From Chiloscyllium plagiosum (Eukaryota), in assembly GCF_004010195.1 (NCBI RefSeq), contig NC_057718.1:38979143-39043142 (forward strand): a stretch of 64,000 nucleotides of DNA, given 5' to 3'. Below the pieces are notes generated by a model. It ran no database searches. It saw only the letters and a program-made list of their open reading frames with translations, and was not told where the DNA came from. Shown piece by piece: positions 1-13,189 of the stretch. The stretch's first letter is position 1, and every line of letters begins with the position of its first letter. Both the position numbers and the translations under genes were made by a program.

Positions 1-75
1 CTGACCTGCTGTGCTTTTTCAGCAACACATTTTCAGCTCTGATCTCCAGCATCTGCAGTCCTCACTTTCTCCTCC
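1..75 (+). mobile_element. 3' terminus of Penelope family-A repeat (truncated by window edge)
   Basis: ctgacctgctgtgc...ctccagcatctgcagtcctcactttctcc is the reverse complement of the terminus of the Penelope element at 17840. Confidence 0.75.
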
Positions 76-447
76 TAGTTATTCAGCCAACTGAGCAAAC
101 TGACCACCTTACCTTCTGGTAACAAATTTGTTTGCCAGCTTACCATCTGGCTGTATTCTAACTGACTGAATTGAAGGATTGTGTAAAAGTTCAAAAAGGC
201 ATTGACAAGTTGGTGGAGTAGGCAGATAGATGGCAGATTAAGTTCAGTATGGAGAAGTGAGAGGTGATATATAATGAAACAGTAAAACATAAAGAATGGT
301 GTTCTATAGGGTGTATAGAAGTGGCAAGACCTCGGCGTAAATGTGCACAAGTCATTAAAGATGATCGAATAGGTAGAGAGCTTTTGGGGGGATATGAATA
401 AATTGGGGAAAGTGCAAAAGAGGTTGATGAGAATGGTTGCAGGGATT

Positions 448-750
448 AGATCATAGAATCCCTACAGTGTGGAAACAGGTCTTTTGGCCTAGCAAATCCA
501 CACCAACACTCTGAAGAGTATTCCACCCGGACCCTATTACTCTACATTTACCCCTGACTGATATATCTAATCTACACATCCCTGAACACTATGGGCAATT
601 TAACATGGCCAATTCACCAAACCTGCACATATTTGGATTGAAAGGGGAAAGCGGAGCACCTGAAGGAAACCCATGCAGATATGGGGAGAATGTGCAAACT
701 TCATATTGATAGTTGCCCGAGGCTGGAATTGAACCCAGATCTCTGGCACA
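448..750 (-). mobile_element. HE1-like (shark V-SINE) tRNA-derived SINE
   Basis: Minus-strand B-box (gggttcaattcc), V-domain-like tttgcacattctccc, and a CR1-type tail (ccacactgtagggattctatg). Homologous to 6538-6834. Confidence 0.75.
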
Positions 751-862
751 TAGATACTTCAGTTTTGCGGGTACATTTGATAGGTTGGAACTGTTTTCCT
801 AGGAAAGGAAAAGGCTTTGGGAGATTTGTTAGAGTTATTCAAAATTATGAAGGGTTTAAACA

Positions 863-1493
863 GATTTATTTTATTCATTTGTGGGATGTGGGCGTTGCTG
901 GCTGGCCAACATTTAGTGCCTGTCCCTAGTTGCCCTTGAGAAGGTGGTAGTGAGGTGCCTTTTGAACTGCTGCAGTTCACCTGCTGTGGGTTGACCCACA
1001 ATGCCATTAGAGAGGGAATTCCAGGATTTTGGCTCAGTGACAGTGAAGGAATGCCAAAATATTTCCAAGTCAGGATGGTGAATGACTCTGATTGGAACTT
1101 GAAGGTGATGGTGTTCCCATATATCTGCTACCCTTGTCTTTCTAGGTGCAAGTGATTATGGATTTGGAAGGTGCTGTCTGAGGATCTTTGGTGAATTTCT
1201 GCAATGCATCTTGTAGATTGTACACACTGCTGCTATTGAGCGTCAGTGGTAAAGGCAATGGATGATTGTGGATGTTGTGCCAATCAAGAGGGCTGCTTCG
1301 TCCTGGATGGTGCCAAGCTTCTTGAACGTTATTGGGGTTGCACTCTTCCAAACAAGTGGGGAGTATTCCATCACATTCCTGACTTGTGCCTTTTTGCTGG
1401 TGGACAGGCTTTGAGGAGTCAGGAGGTGAGTTACTCGCCACAGTATTCCCAGCTTCTGCCTTGCTCTTGTAGCCACTGTGTTCATGTGGTGAG
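863..1493 (-). mobile_element. 3' fragment of L2/CR1-group LINE
   Basis: Minus-strand ORF ...LLTPQSLST-KAQVRNVMEYSPLVWKSATPITFKKLGTIQDEAALLI plus 3' UTR; same family as 42985-47415. Confidence 0.8.
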
Positions 1494-2094
1494 TGCACAT
1501 TCGATTAGAGTCTTGATTTGTTAGGGAGAAACTGATGCAGCTTGTGAAAGGATCAAAGTTGTAGTTTAAAAGTGTTTTGCAAAAAAATTAAATGTAAGGT
1601 GAGAAAAGTTCTCATAGAGAATGGTCAGGTTAAAAATGCTTAGCCGATGGAATTACTTTTGGGATTTTATTACCAAGACAAAGCCAGCTGCCTTTCTTTA
1701 TCAGCTACATTCCATAAACACTTATTCTTCTTGTTTTTGTGGTATGGTTTAGGGAAGCAAAAATTAATCAGGTTTAAAAGAATTTTCTACTATTCAAATA
1801 ATGAAATGAAATCTTAAATATACAGCGAAATAGCAAATATAAGTTAATTTTAGAAGCCCAAATTGTCTGGTCTCTGGATCATTAAATACTGGACATATGA
1901 CCTCAGGCGCGTAGCTTTCTGCAGAGGTCCTGAATGCGCTAATCTCCGTGGGAATTGTCCAGGAAGTTTAATTTTCTTTGGACAATTCCCTAGTTGCCCA
2001 GGATTCTCACAAAAATCTCTGACGCAAAGCTAGACTTGGAGACGTTGGACAGTTCCATTGGACTTATCAGAATAATTACACAGGAGTTGTTTGA

Positions 2095-2250
2095 GAAAAT
2101 CTGAAATAAAAACAGAAGTTGCTGGAGAAACTCAGCAGTCTGGAGAGAAAGCAGTGTTAGTATTTTGGTTCCAATGACCATTCCAAACCTGCAGACATTT
2201 TCCAGCAATTTCTGTTTTGGTTTCTGATTTCCAGCATGCACAGTTCTTTG
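2095..2250. mobile_element. Degenerate fold-back repeat, probably Penelope-terminus derived (family D)
   Basis: Imperfect inverted arms aaatctgaaataaaaacagaagttgctggagaaa / ttttccagcaatttctgttttggtttctgattt. Related sequence at 63640-63743. Confidence 0.5.
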
Positions 2251-4075
2251 GGTTTTTTTTGTTCATAGAAAATCTGGTTTAACTTCTGTAGAAGTCCCCG
2301 CTGATCAATCACACTGAGCCACCCATCCCACCAGTCTATCTGACCCTAGCCGCTGACCCAACCCAACTTCTCCCTCCACCACCTTATGACCCTTCTGATC
2401 CCTACCCCGACCTGATACGACTACCCATGCTAACCTTCATTTACCCACTATCCACTATTGAATGCACCCCTGACCTGACTTCCACCCTGACCCCAACCCC
2501 CTCCAACTCACTCTATCCATTTGCCTCCCTCGCCCTCAAGAATGCCACTTAACTTTGCAACACTGTCCTGGAACTCTCAGGTTGGTACTGCATTCCACAT
2601 TTCTGGAGAACCCAGAAGTCCTCTACACAAGACTCCCCAAGAAATGGAGAGGAGTGTCAATGTAAGGAAAGGTTCAAGCAAAGTGATAGTCAGATAATGG
2701 TTCTGTGGATGATCTAGGCCACTATTATTTGAAGAAAAATAATTCTGGAAATATACACTTATATGCAGTGTATATTAATTTATTCAATATAAACCTAAAT
2801 TTATATGGCTCCTTTAATAGTGCAAAGTCCCAGTTCATCTTATAGGAAAATTGCCAAATGACATTTGACAGTTATTGAAGAGATGCTGGAGAATGATGAA
2901 AAGTTAATCAAAAAGATTAATTTAAAAGGCCATAATTTTTTTAAAAATGATGTGCTTAGGAATAAATCCCAGAGCTTTGGATCTTGTAGCTGAATGCAAA
3001 TGATTTAAATTCAGGATGCGGAAGAGGCGAGCCATAATTGAGGGAAACACTGATATCTTGTAGGGTTTTAAAGTTAGAAAGTGTTACAGAGATGGCAAGG
3101 AGGTCAGGGTGGTGGGAAACCTGGGACCGATTTGAAAACAGGAATGTAAAAGTGAGATCTGCTTTACCTGGACCCAGTATGGAGCCTTGAGCGCAGAGGT
3201 CGTATGGAGTGATGTTGAGGTGGCAATTGGCAGTTTGAGTGATGGCACAGATGTAGTTGAAAGCTCATCAAATCAAATGTGGCACCAAAATTGCAATCCG
3301 GCTGATTGGGATTCATGATTAATGCTCTCAATTCTGGTGTGTAACTAGAATCCACTCCTTCTGATATTCAGCCTCTATAATTGGTTACTTAAGTTGAGAA
3401 TTGCACTAACGTAGCCAAGGAAACGGTTAATTTTACTACTATCCCCATTTGTGGACAATGATTAAAAATGACTAATATGTGAAAACTGCATCTGACAACT
3501 TGAGAGCAATGATTATGTCTATTTTAAGGTAATCTAGAATTTGTTTGTGACTGAATTTTTGTTTGTTCTATTTGTAAATACTATATTGCTGAAATTGCAA
3601 AATATATTACTTTCAATGTTATTTAAAACATATATTACTGCCTCAAGAAATGTAGAGGAAATTTTAAATATAAGTACATGCATATTGTAAGTAATCGCAC
3701 AGCATTCCAGTACAGAGAATCATCTTCCATTCAGCTAAAAATAGAAAAATATGCTGGCCTTGGCAGAATATTGATGTATGCTGCTGATTTAAGCATAAAG
3801 GTTTCCCTTGTTCATCTAGTTTGATGATCAGCGCAATGTATCGGTTCATTTGCCCTGTTTCTCCAGTAGCGTAGATTCTTATCTTGAAAAGTTATTTGAC
3901 AGAGTATATTCAGAATTCCAATAAATATGTCAAACAGGATTTCCATTTCATAAATTCATGTTAATTTGTTCAAATCATGTTTTGTTTTTCTAAGAGCATT
4001 GTTAAGACTTCAATTAAATATAGATTTCAGCACTTTTCTGATGACTGATGTCAGGCTGACGATCCTGTGCTTGGC

Positions 4076-4079
<4 letters not shown>

Positions 4080-4121
<42 letters not shown>

Positions 4122-4130
4122 GTCTCTGTC
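4080..4130. repeat. (CT)n/(CTGT) microsatellite
   Basis: Direct reading of the tctctc... run. Confidence 0.95.
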
Positions 4131-6537
4131 CTTTTTGAATAGAGGTATTGTGTTTCCTAACATCCAATCTGCTAGCATTCTAGGATCTAAGGAATTTTTG
4201 AAAATAATAACCAGTGTAGCTATCCATTTTAGAATACTAGAATGTTGGCTATAATGTCCTGTGGTTTGTTGGATTTTAGTGCCTTGAGTTTTCCTTTACT
4301 ATAAAAAGGAAGAGAGTAGCTAAAGTAACTCCTTCAGAAGCGCCAGCAGAAAAAGTTATTGTGGAGAATGAGAAATCGCAGAGACAACAAATAGGTCTTC
4401 ATAGTAGAAGAGTGAGGACATTAATGCAACTCAAATGAACAGAGAAAAAGTACTTGACAATCTGAAGGGACTAAAATCTGACCCAACTTGGTGTGGTGCC
4501 CCTCAGGTAATGTAATGCCCCTCAAATTAATGGAGAGAAATGTCTATGGTCCTTTGTGGACTATGGCTTATTACCTTACAAAATTACCATTTTTTTTGCT
4601 CATTTAGAGGAACAAAATCCTACAACTGCAAAACTGCCGTCTCTGACCAGCAGCTCCTGAGGGTAGGATTTCTACCCACAGGGTTCTTAATCAAATCGGG
4701 TTCAATGCTGTACAGGTATATGCTTGATTATCTGATAATTGCATTGCGCCTCCTGTAGAGAAGAAACACTTGAGTTTGCGCTGGTTCCCCAACTGGTGAG
4801 TAAGATACAGCACTCATTAAATTCTGTCCATTGTTACGAAAGGCAAGATTCCTGCATACAAGAATGAATATTAAAAAGTAATTTTTATTTGAATGCAGAG
4901 AAATGACAGACAACAAATAAAATCAATGCAAACATTGTCAACTGGTAATAATTGGTAGAATCCAGAAATTTGAGTTTGTGGTTTGTCAGATAATTAATTA
5001 ATTAATTAAAATATAAAAGTGCTCAAAACACAGAAATTTGCATACTATAGCACTCCACTGCTATAGTAGCAACATCTGTGCAATTGAAAATTGTATTGCA
5101 TTGATGTACTCATTTTCATAAATATTAAATCCTTAAATGCCGATTGAATGCCTAAATAAAGGCTTTCTGAATCCATTCCAGTCAATTCAGTCTCTGTGTA
5201 ATGTGCACTATTATCATATTATTCTATGCTATTATATAATATTCTATTACATGGTGTTTTCAAAGTCACTGTGTTAAATATTGCCTATGCTACCACTTTC
5301 ATTTGCAGTCAAGCTGATAAAATCTCAGCTTTGTCTAATTGTATTGATGGGATATTGCTAAAGACAAAGTACACAGTAGAGAAACATCCTCTGAACTGAA
5401 GGAAATAGCATTGCAGGAATTCTTGGCAACCTCTGTTTTTGTCTTGTCTAGTGAATAGAAAATATGGATTAATCCCTTATGCTTTAGCATCTGTTTTCCT
5501 CTTGGGAAGTGTGCTAGTTTGCTTGGTTTATCTGTACTTCAGATTACCTTAATACTCATTTCAATGTTGCTAAATATCCACATTTAAGCTGAGATCATAG
5601 TTATCTGATATATGAAACTGTTCTTTATGAATATATTGTCTGCATTTTTCATCCACTGATCTTTTATTTCTCCTTTTTATATTAATGAAAATATAGCTTC
5701 AAAAATGTACTCAATGGAAATAAGGGTTGACTGCATTACAGTGACTTTTTGCTGGATGTTGTCCGGGCAAAGATAGGATCTGGATATTGTGTGACTAGAA
5801 ACTCTCATTCGTGCACATAAAATCGCAGCCCAGGCATTTTTCTCCTGGGACTGCATGTCCATGATGATCACTCTTGTGTTGAGGCAGAAGTCTCATTAGG
5901 CATGCATGTAGCATATTAATGAAGCTTGCGAGAAGCCCTATTCTTGTTTCTGATGGCTGAACATAGGTTTTAATTGGTAGTATTCTGTCCAACTTAATTA
6001 TATGTTGGTAAAAGTACTTAGTCTAAATTTAGAAAGACATGTTAGGATGGAGAGAGGATATTAAGTTCATTTATTGGGTTTATGTTTTCATTTTCAAAGT
6101 CATACTATAACTAAAGCTCATCGCTCTTTCTGTTGACTAACATGGCTAGAAATGTGACATGGCTAGCCAATATCACTGCTCCGATGTATTTTCCTTTGGT
6201 TCATTTATGAGAATGAGCATGTCTGTGACTGTGCCTTACTAATTGCACTCGGTGCTAAGGTTGCAGCATTGAAGATATTTCTGGAGGTTTGATCTTATTA
6301 TTACCCAAGGATACCTGACTATGTATCTGGAAATATTTTTGCATTTACCATTTAAATTTTACATTCCTGTATTTGAGTATATTTGAGTATATTTGAAACC
6401 CCGAACTGAAGTTAAATTGAGCGAATTATCAAATAAATTGAAGGCAGTGGTTGTTACAGTTATGATTGGAGAGGTGTACCATCACTCTCGTCCCACTACT
6501 CTGAAGGTTGTAACATTAAATAAACATACTTAATCTA

Positions 6538-6834
6538 ATTAGATTAGATTCTCTACAGTGTGGAAACAGGCCATTTGGCCTAACAAGTCCTCATTGACCC
6601 TCCGAAGAGTAACCCACCCAGATCCATTTACCTCTGACTAATGCACCTAACACTATGGGCAATTTAGCATGGCCAATCTACCTGACCTGCACATCTTTGG
6701 ACTGTGGGAGGAAACCGGAGCACCCGGAGGGAGAATGTGCAAACTCCACACAGACAGTTTGCCCGAGGCTGGAATCGAACCTGAGTCCCTGGTGCTGTGA
6801 GACAGCTGTGCTAACCACTGAGACACCATGCCGC
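6538..6834 (-). mobile_element. HE1-like SINE, near full length
   Basis: Minus strand begins gcggcatggtgtctcagtggttagcacagctg (tRNA-like A box), followed by B box ggttcgattcc, V-like core and tail. Confidence 0.8.
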
Positions 6835-8089
6835 TCAGTGATGACCAACTAATTACCTTATCTTTATCAAGTTTTGAACAAATAGATTTTAGCGATTAGG
6901 TTTCTTTCTAAAAACCATTATAATTTTATTATGAAAGTAAAACTTATCAGTTTAGATGCAGTAATTGGTGAACATATGTAGTAATATAAAATTATAAATG
7001 TTTATTCTTCTAAATATGCTCAAAACCATATACAAACACCCAACCTTCAGGAAAAGAGATGAAAAATTAATTTTCTCTTCAGTGATTTATTTTCTGAAAA
7101 TAAACACTTTGGCCAATAGGTTATTTCTGAAGGCAAAATGATAAAGCTGCTTACATTTGAGAGTCTGTTGCTGTTATTTTCTAGCATGTGATCAAGTCAC
7201 TCGTCATGCACGATTGTCTCTCAGGCACAGCTTACTTAGGAAATATAATCTTGAGGTGTTCTTTCAACCATTCTTTCAAAAGAAGAAATAGGTATCACCC
7301 TAAGCTGTTGTAGAGGGTTTTCTTTTCAGAAATGGAAAAAAAATCAGTTGGTCAACTTGTTCACAGCTTTCTTACATCTCAGTTTGTTCCTAGCAAGCTT
7401 TCCTCCAACTGAACCAGATAAAACAAGAACCTCTCCCAGCCAGGCATTGTTCAAAAGCAGTCCCAGCAGTATCTACAGCAAAGTAAGCAATTATCACTGG
7501 TCCTGTGATTTCTAGCAAACTTTGTTAAATAAAAATCTTCAATGTCCACAATGAACTTTCAGTGACCCATTTAAAGAAACCTCAAATATGTGCACAAAAC
7601 ATTTCTACAATCCTTCAAAACATAGGTCCTCCAAGCAATGTAATTATAAAGAGTCTTCATAATACCTCTACCCCTGAAAAAAAGATGCACAGTTTTAAAT
7701 GTATTTCATTGGTAAAGTGTGGAAACGATAAAAATATGAAAAACATTTAGCCATAATTTCATTGTTTAAATTGTATAAACAACACAATTAACTCTGCCTA
7801 CAGAATACATTGTAAAACATTCAAAAAAGGTTATATTCTTGACAAAGCAATGGTGATTACATTGCTTTTCCTCACAAGGAAAAGCAATATTTAAAAGTTA
7901 AGGCAGTAATTTTAAAAAACCTCTATCACAATTGTCTGACACTTATTTATTTTGTTTTTTTTTTTACAAAGGCTAGGGGTTTAAGACCACATATACCAAT
8001 ATTTCACTGTAGCCATAATGGCCATGGCCTCCAAATTGTTTAAGGGCCTGCAGCATTCTACAGTAGAGATTGTATTTTGTATCAATTTA

Positions 8090-8697
8090 ATTTTCTAGAA
8101 AAAGCATTCTACTGGCTTCTGTATGTTCCTCTCGTCATCTTGAAACTGAACTGAACCCATTACCAGCATCAATCGCTACCTTGAATGGCTTAGAGAAATT
8201 TCATGCAATCAGCACTGGTTTCATGATCAAAATGGCTTTCAAATTCTCAAAGGATGCTTGGAATTCCTTTAAACATTTTACCTTTGCTTCCTTGTGAAGC
8301 AAGTCTGTCAACAGAGCAGTTGTAGTACTGAAATTTGGTATAAACTTGCAATGAAATTCACACAGCCCAAAAATCTCAATTCCCATTTAGGTTTTCTGAG
8401 GGGAGCTTGATGAATACTTGGCAGCACTTGTCCTTGCCCTACAATATGTCCGAGAAAAGTTGCTTGTGCCTTTGAAAATGCACTACTGGCAAAGCTTATT
8501 ACCAAGTGTAATTTCTTAAACAAAGCTTCATGTTATTCTAAATAATCCTTTAAAGTGTCACTGTATACCTGTACATCATCAAGGCAGACTACACAAAAAC
8601 AAACCGTGGCAACAATATACTTAGTTCATCAGTCTCTGGAAAGATACTGGAGCATTTTTTTTTAGCCCAACTGGCATTGCTTTCTATTGCAAAAGGC
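8090..8697 (-). mobile_element. Degenerate Ty3/Gypsy pol (RT-RNase H) remnant
   Basis: Minus-strand pieces MPVGLKKNAPVSFQRLMN, VVCLDDVQVYSD, KAQATFLGHIVGQGQV, FIPNFSTTTALLTDLL, FENLKAIL..PVL, KPFKVAIDA; frameshifted. Confidence 0.85.
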
Positions 8698-8698
8698 T

Positions 8699-8868
8699 AG
8701 GAGAAAGTGAGGACTGCAGATGCTGGAGATCAGATTCGAGAGTGTGGCGCTAGAAAAGCACAGCAGGTCAGGCAGCATCTGAGGAGCAGGAGAATCAATG
8801 TTTCAGGCAAAAGCCTGATGAAGGCCCAAAACGTCGATTCTCCTGCTCCTTGGATACTGCCTAACCTA
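8699..8868. mobile_element. Short fold-back Penelope family-A element with defective hammerhead motif
   Basis: Family-A terminus followed by inverted arms around CTGATGAAGGCCCAAAACGTC (stem II collapsed, GAAA changed to AAAA). Confidence 0.75.
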
Positions 8869-9089
8869 TTGAAAAAGGCTGCCTGGTGTGATGAAGAGTT
8901 GAAAGTGAGGAAAATTAGTTTGGAAAAACTGTGTTAAATTGAAAAAAGGTAATTGCATTGGGATGAAAGCTGAAATGGCTGGAATATGCTGGGAAAAGGA
9001 GCTGAGCAAAAAAGAAGGTTGATGAACAATGGCAGACACTGTGGAGCATCTACAAAGCTGAGAGAATTGTGGTTAGCACTTATAGGGAG

Positions 9090-11180
9090 GTAGTTTCATC
9101 ACAGGCCAAAACCTGACGCTGAAAGACAATCTGTGACCACCAGGCAGGGTAAGAGCGTTAAGCACGTAGTGCAGAAGTCTTCTGTGACTATTTCCCCGAG
9201 AAAACAGATATTCTTTTTTGAGGGGAATGGCCTTTCAGGGGACAAAATGACAACAGCCAAATTTGTGACAGTTGGCTCTGCTACATAAGGGAGGAGCATG
9301 CAGTCATCATAGTGGATTCCATGGTAAGGGAAATAGGCATTTCTGTGGCAGCAAATGAGACTCTAGGATGGTGTGTTGCTTTTCTGATGATAGGATCAAG
9401 GTTGTGTGAGAGTGGCAGCAGGACACTTTGAAGAGAGAGGGTGAACAGCCAGTTGTTGTGGTATGCACTTCCTGCACACATGTTAGTCCTGGTCACTGAA
9501 AGTGTGCCCGGCTTCCCACGTACCACATGAGGAGCAAATCATGACTTTGAACTTTCCTGCCAAGACTCACTCCTTTAGATTAAACCTTCAAAAGGTGCTT
9601 AATATCAAATAGTATCAACTTATTTAGGGCCATTGTTTCTATAAAATACAGCATTAGAAACTTTTAACCAAACATCAATAGTATAGCTAAATAAAAGAGA
9701 TGCAGTCCTATTGGAATACAAAGAGATAAGAAGCAAGCTGAAAAGTAGGACCACGAAGGGTAGTGATCTAATGATTACTGCCATTGCAACATGCTAGTCA
9801 GAATAGAAATAGCAGGATATATTAAATTAACATGTAGCTAAAGAGATGGTGTGAGAGGGCAGGTTCAGATTCCTGGGACATTGGGACCAGTTCTGAGGGA
9901 TGAATTCACTGGGTTATAGCTGGGCCAGACTATGACTGAAGCCCTGTTTGCTAAGACAGTTAGGGACGGCTTAAACTAAATTGGCAGGGGAGTTGGAACC
10001 TATGCACAGAGCCAGAGGAAGAGGAATCGAGGACAACAAGAAAAGGCGGAAAGAGGAATAAGAGAAGTGAGGGGCAAAGGAATCAAAGTCTAGATTCAAA
10101 CAAGGCCATGGTTTTAAAAAAATTAGTGCGAATGGGGTCAAGATAAAAAGATAAGCCTTAAGGTTTTGTGCCTTAATGCACAGAGCATTTGAAACAAAAT
10201 AGATGTAAACAGATATGATATAGTTAGGATTACAGCAACATAGCTGCAGAATGACCAAGGATGGGAATTGAACATGGGTATTCAGTATTTAGGAAGGAGA
10301 GACAAAAGGGAAAAGGCGGTGGAGTTGCATTACTGGTTTAGGAGCATATAGTATATAATCTTAAGGAAAGATATTAGTTCAGTCAACGTATAATCTATGT
10401 GGGTAGAATTGAGAATTACCAAGGGGCAGAAAACATTAGTTAGGTGGTCTCTAGACCGCCAAGCTGTAGTGGTGATGTTGGGAATAATATTAAACAGGAA
10501 GTAAAAAATGTATGCAGGAGAGGAACATCTGTAATTTATGGTGGCTTTAAACTGCACATAGATTGGATGAATCAAATTTGTCACAATAACATAGAGGAGG
10601 ATTTCCTAGAGTGCATATGAAATGATTTTCAGGACCAATACATTGAGGAACTGGAGAACAGGTCACCTTAGAATGGTGTTATGCACTGAGAAAGAAATAA
10701 CTTGTCACACAGTTGTGAGAGACTCCGTGAGGGTGAATGACCATAATATGTTAGAATTCTTCATTGAGACGGAGAGTGAGGCAGTTGATTCTGAGATGAG
10801 CGAAACTACTGTGGTATGAGACATGAGTTTGCTATGGTGAATTGGGAAATGTTTCTGAAAGGAATGCCAGAGGATTGGTAATTGCAAGCATCCAAAGAAT
10901 GAATGGGTGAACTACAAAAATTGTTTATTACTGTTTGCAAAGAGAGCAGTGGCCAATCCATGGCTTATGAGACAAGTTAGAGATCATATTAGGTGCAAAA
11001 AAGAGACACCCAAATTGGCAAGAATGAACAATAAGACATGAGGATTGGGAACATTTTAGAAGTCAGCAAAGTATTACTACGGGATTGATTAAGAAGAGCA
11101 GAATAGAGCATGCGAGTTTGCTTGCAGGGAACATAAGAACTGACAGTAAGAGTTTTGATAGGTATGTAAAGAGAAGATTT
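9090..11180 (+). mobile_element. Old CR1 LINE: ORF1 esterase region and ORF2 endonuclease remnants
   Basis: AVIIVDSMVRE...DSRMVCCF (CR1 ORF1 GDS-like motif) and KVLCLNAQSI, FRKERQKGKGGGVALLV (APE domain); many stops and indels. Confidence 0.75.
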
Positions 11181-13189
11181 GGATACTTGTCAGCTTTAAA
11201 TACAGCCAGCTTATCCATCCAGCTATCCAACCTTCTCATCAACTTTAAAACCTTCTAGAGACTCAATTTTCTCTTTCACCATGGCTTGGGTAGGATCTTT
11301 TTCCTGGATAAAGACAGATGTAAAGAATTTGTCAATACCTCAGCCAGTCCTCTACCTCCAAGGGTAAATTTCCTTCTTGGTTAATTGTTCCTATTCCTAC
11401 CTTCGCCACTGCTTCTTATTATTTATATGCCTGTAGAAGACTTTGTGATTCAATTGTTTTTATTTGTTCGTGGGACGTGGCTGTCACTGGCTGTTAGCGT
11501 TGCCGATCTCTGACTGCCCAAAGGCAATGAACAGTCACCCTATGGGTCTGGAGTCACAAATTGGCCAGATCAGGTAAGGATGGCAAATTTCCTTCCCTAA
11601 AGGACATCAATGAACCAGGTTTTTATGACAGTCAAAGTTTTTGTGACAATTGTGTTAGCTATGCAGTCTCTTCAAAATCCCTCTTTGCTTTACTTATTTG
11701 CTTTTTAACTATCTCTCTCAATCTTCTTTTTCAGGTTCTTCTTAGCCAGGTTACATTACATTTTCTACTTAACATAAGCATTAACATAAGCATACTTTTT
11801 CTTTGTTGCAATTTCTACTTCCTTTGCCATCTAGAGAGGTCTGGATTTCTTTTCCCTACCCTTCCCTTTCAAGGGAATAAACCGTCTGTGCATGGACCAT
11901 CTCTTCTTCAAGAGTAGCCCATTGTTCAGCTCTTCCTGCCAGTCTTTGACTCCTACTTATTTGTCTGAGATACATTTATAGCCCATTGAAGTTGGCTATC
12001 CCAATTAATTATTCTTGATCTATGTCACTTATTACTCTTTTCTACAGTTACTCTAAATGGCAGGCAATGCAATTGTACTTTTCTCGTTTTGACTTTAAAA
12101 ACATTACCAAGAATTTAATGGAAATACTGCTCATCATTATTTGTTGTCTTCCAGGCCCAAAACAGTTTAACCAAAGTCTCTCTTGATTGCCATATCCTTT
12201 TATGTTTTTTCACTACTACCTTTTCTGGCAGCCCATATCTGAATTGGTGCTTATTGTGCTTAGCTTAATTTTGAAGTAAAAGTTGTGTTTCTAAATGTTA
12301 AATGTCACTGTAAGTCACGAGAAACTGAAGTTGCTTTAGGCATATTGAATTTTACTTGAAGATTTATTCTGCATATCTGCAAATAACAACCAAAAATAAT
12401 GGAAGTTTAAGCTGTTTAATTGATCTGGCAATTTTAAGCCCACCCATTGCAGCAACCAGTTCAGTTGGAAGGTGCTGGTAGTTTGTGGGAAAAGGGCCAA
12501 TAGGTGAGAAGCTGGAGTATAAAATCAATCACAATAATCTACATTCTCCACAAACAGCTACATTCTGAGATTTACAAATTAGATTCGTTAAAAGACTGCT
12601 AAATTATTTACTGTCCATGAGTTATAGAACTTGATAGGCCTAAGGCAGCTAAGAAATAGAAGAACCTAAACTGTAATTAATTTTAAAACTGCTAAGTCAA
12701 AAATTTTCCAGAATTTTTACATTGCTCAGGTACAAAGCATCAGTGCTGGTTATCAAATAATTAATTTTACAGAATGTTTTTGAAACTTTTCATGTATGCA
12801 GTAAGTGTACCCTGGAGCTGCTACTACTTAAAACGCTACTGTTCAGTGAAGGTAAGGGGAGGAAAATGGCAGAGTGCAGCAATGTTCAGACTTGTCCATC
12901 TGTTGATTTTATTTTACTAATATTGGCATTTACTCTGCTATTTACAACTTTCAGTTCATTAGGTTTGAAGAAAGTACAATAAATGTCAAGGTCAGTCATT
13001 AAAATACCTCACGTCCGAAAGTAGTTACTCCTTTGCTGTTTGTGTAAACTAGCATTAAATTTGTATGGCCATCAGCATTAGATTATACATGTGAAATGAT
13101 TTGTTATTAATGTTATAATGGATGTTGTTAGTTGAGAGCTTCAAGTTATACTCTCAGTAATGTTTTTCTGAATTTTCTGTAAGAAGAAT

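Noticed and set aside
5861..5953. Possible C/D-box snoRNA (ATGATGA ... CTGA, 93 nt)
   Set aside because: No proper terminal stem in k-turn register and no rRNA-complementary guide that I recognise.
7861..7888. 12-bp perfect hairpin attgcttttcct-caca-aggaaaagcaat
   Set aside because: Isolated and short; no evidence of function, and not a terminator in this eukaryotic context.
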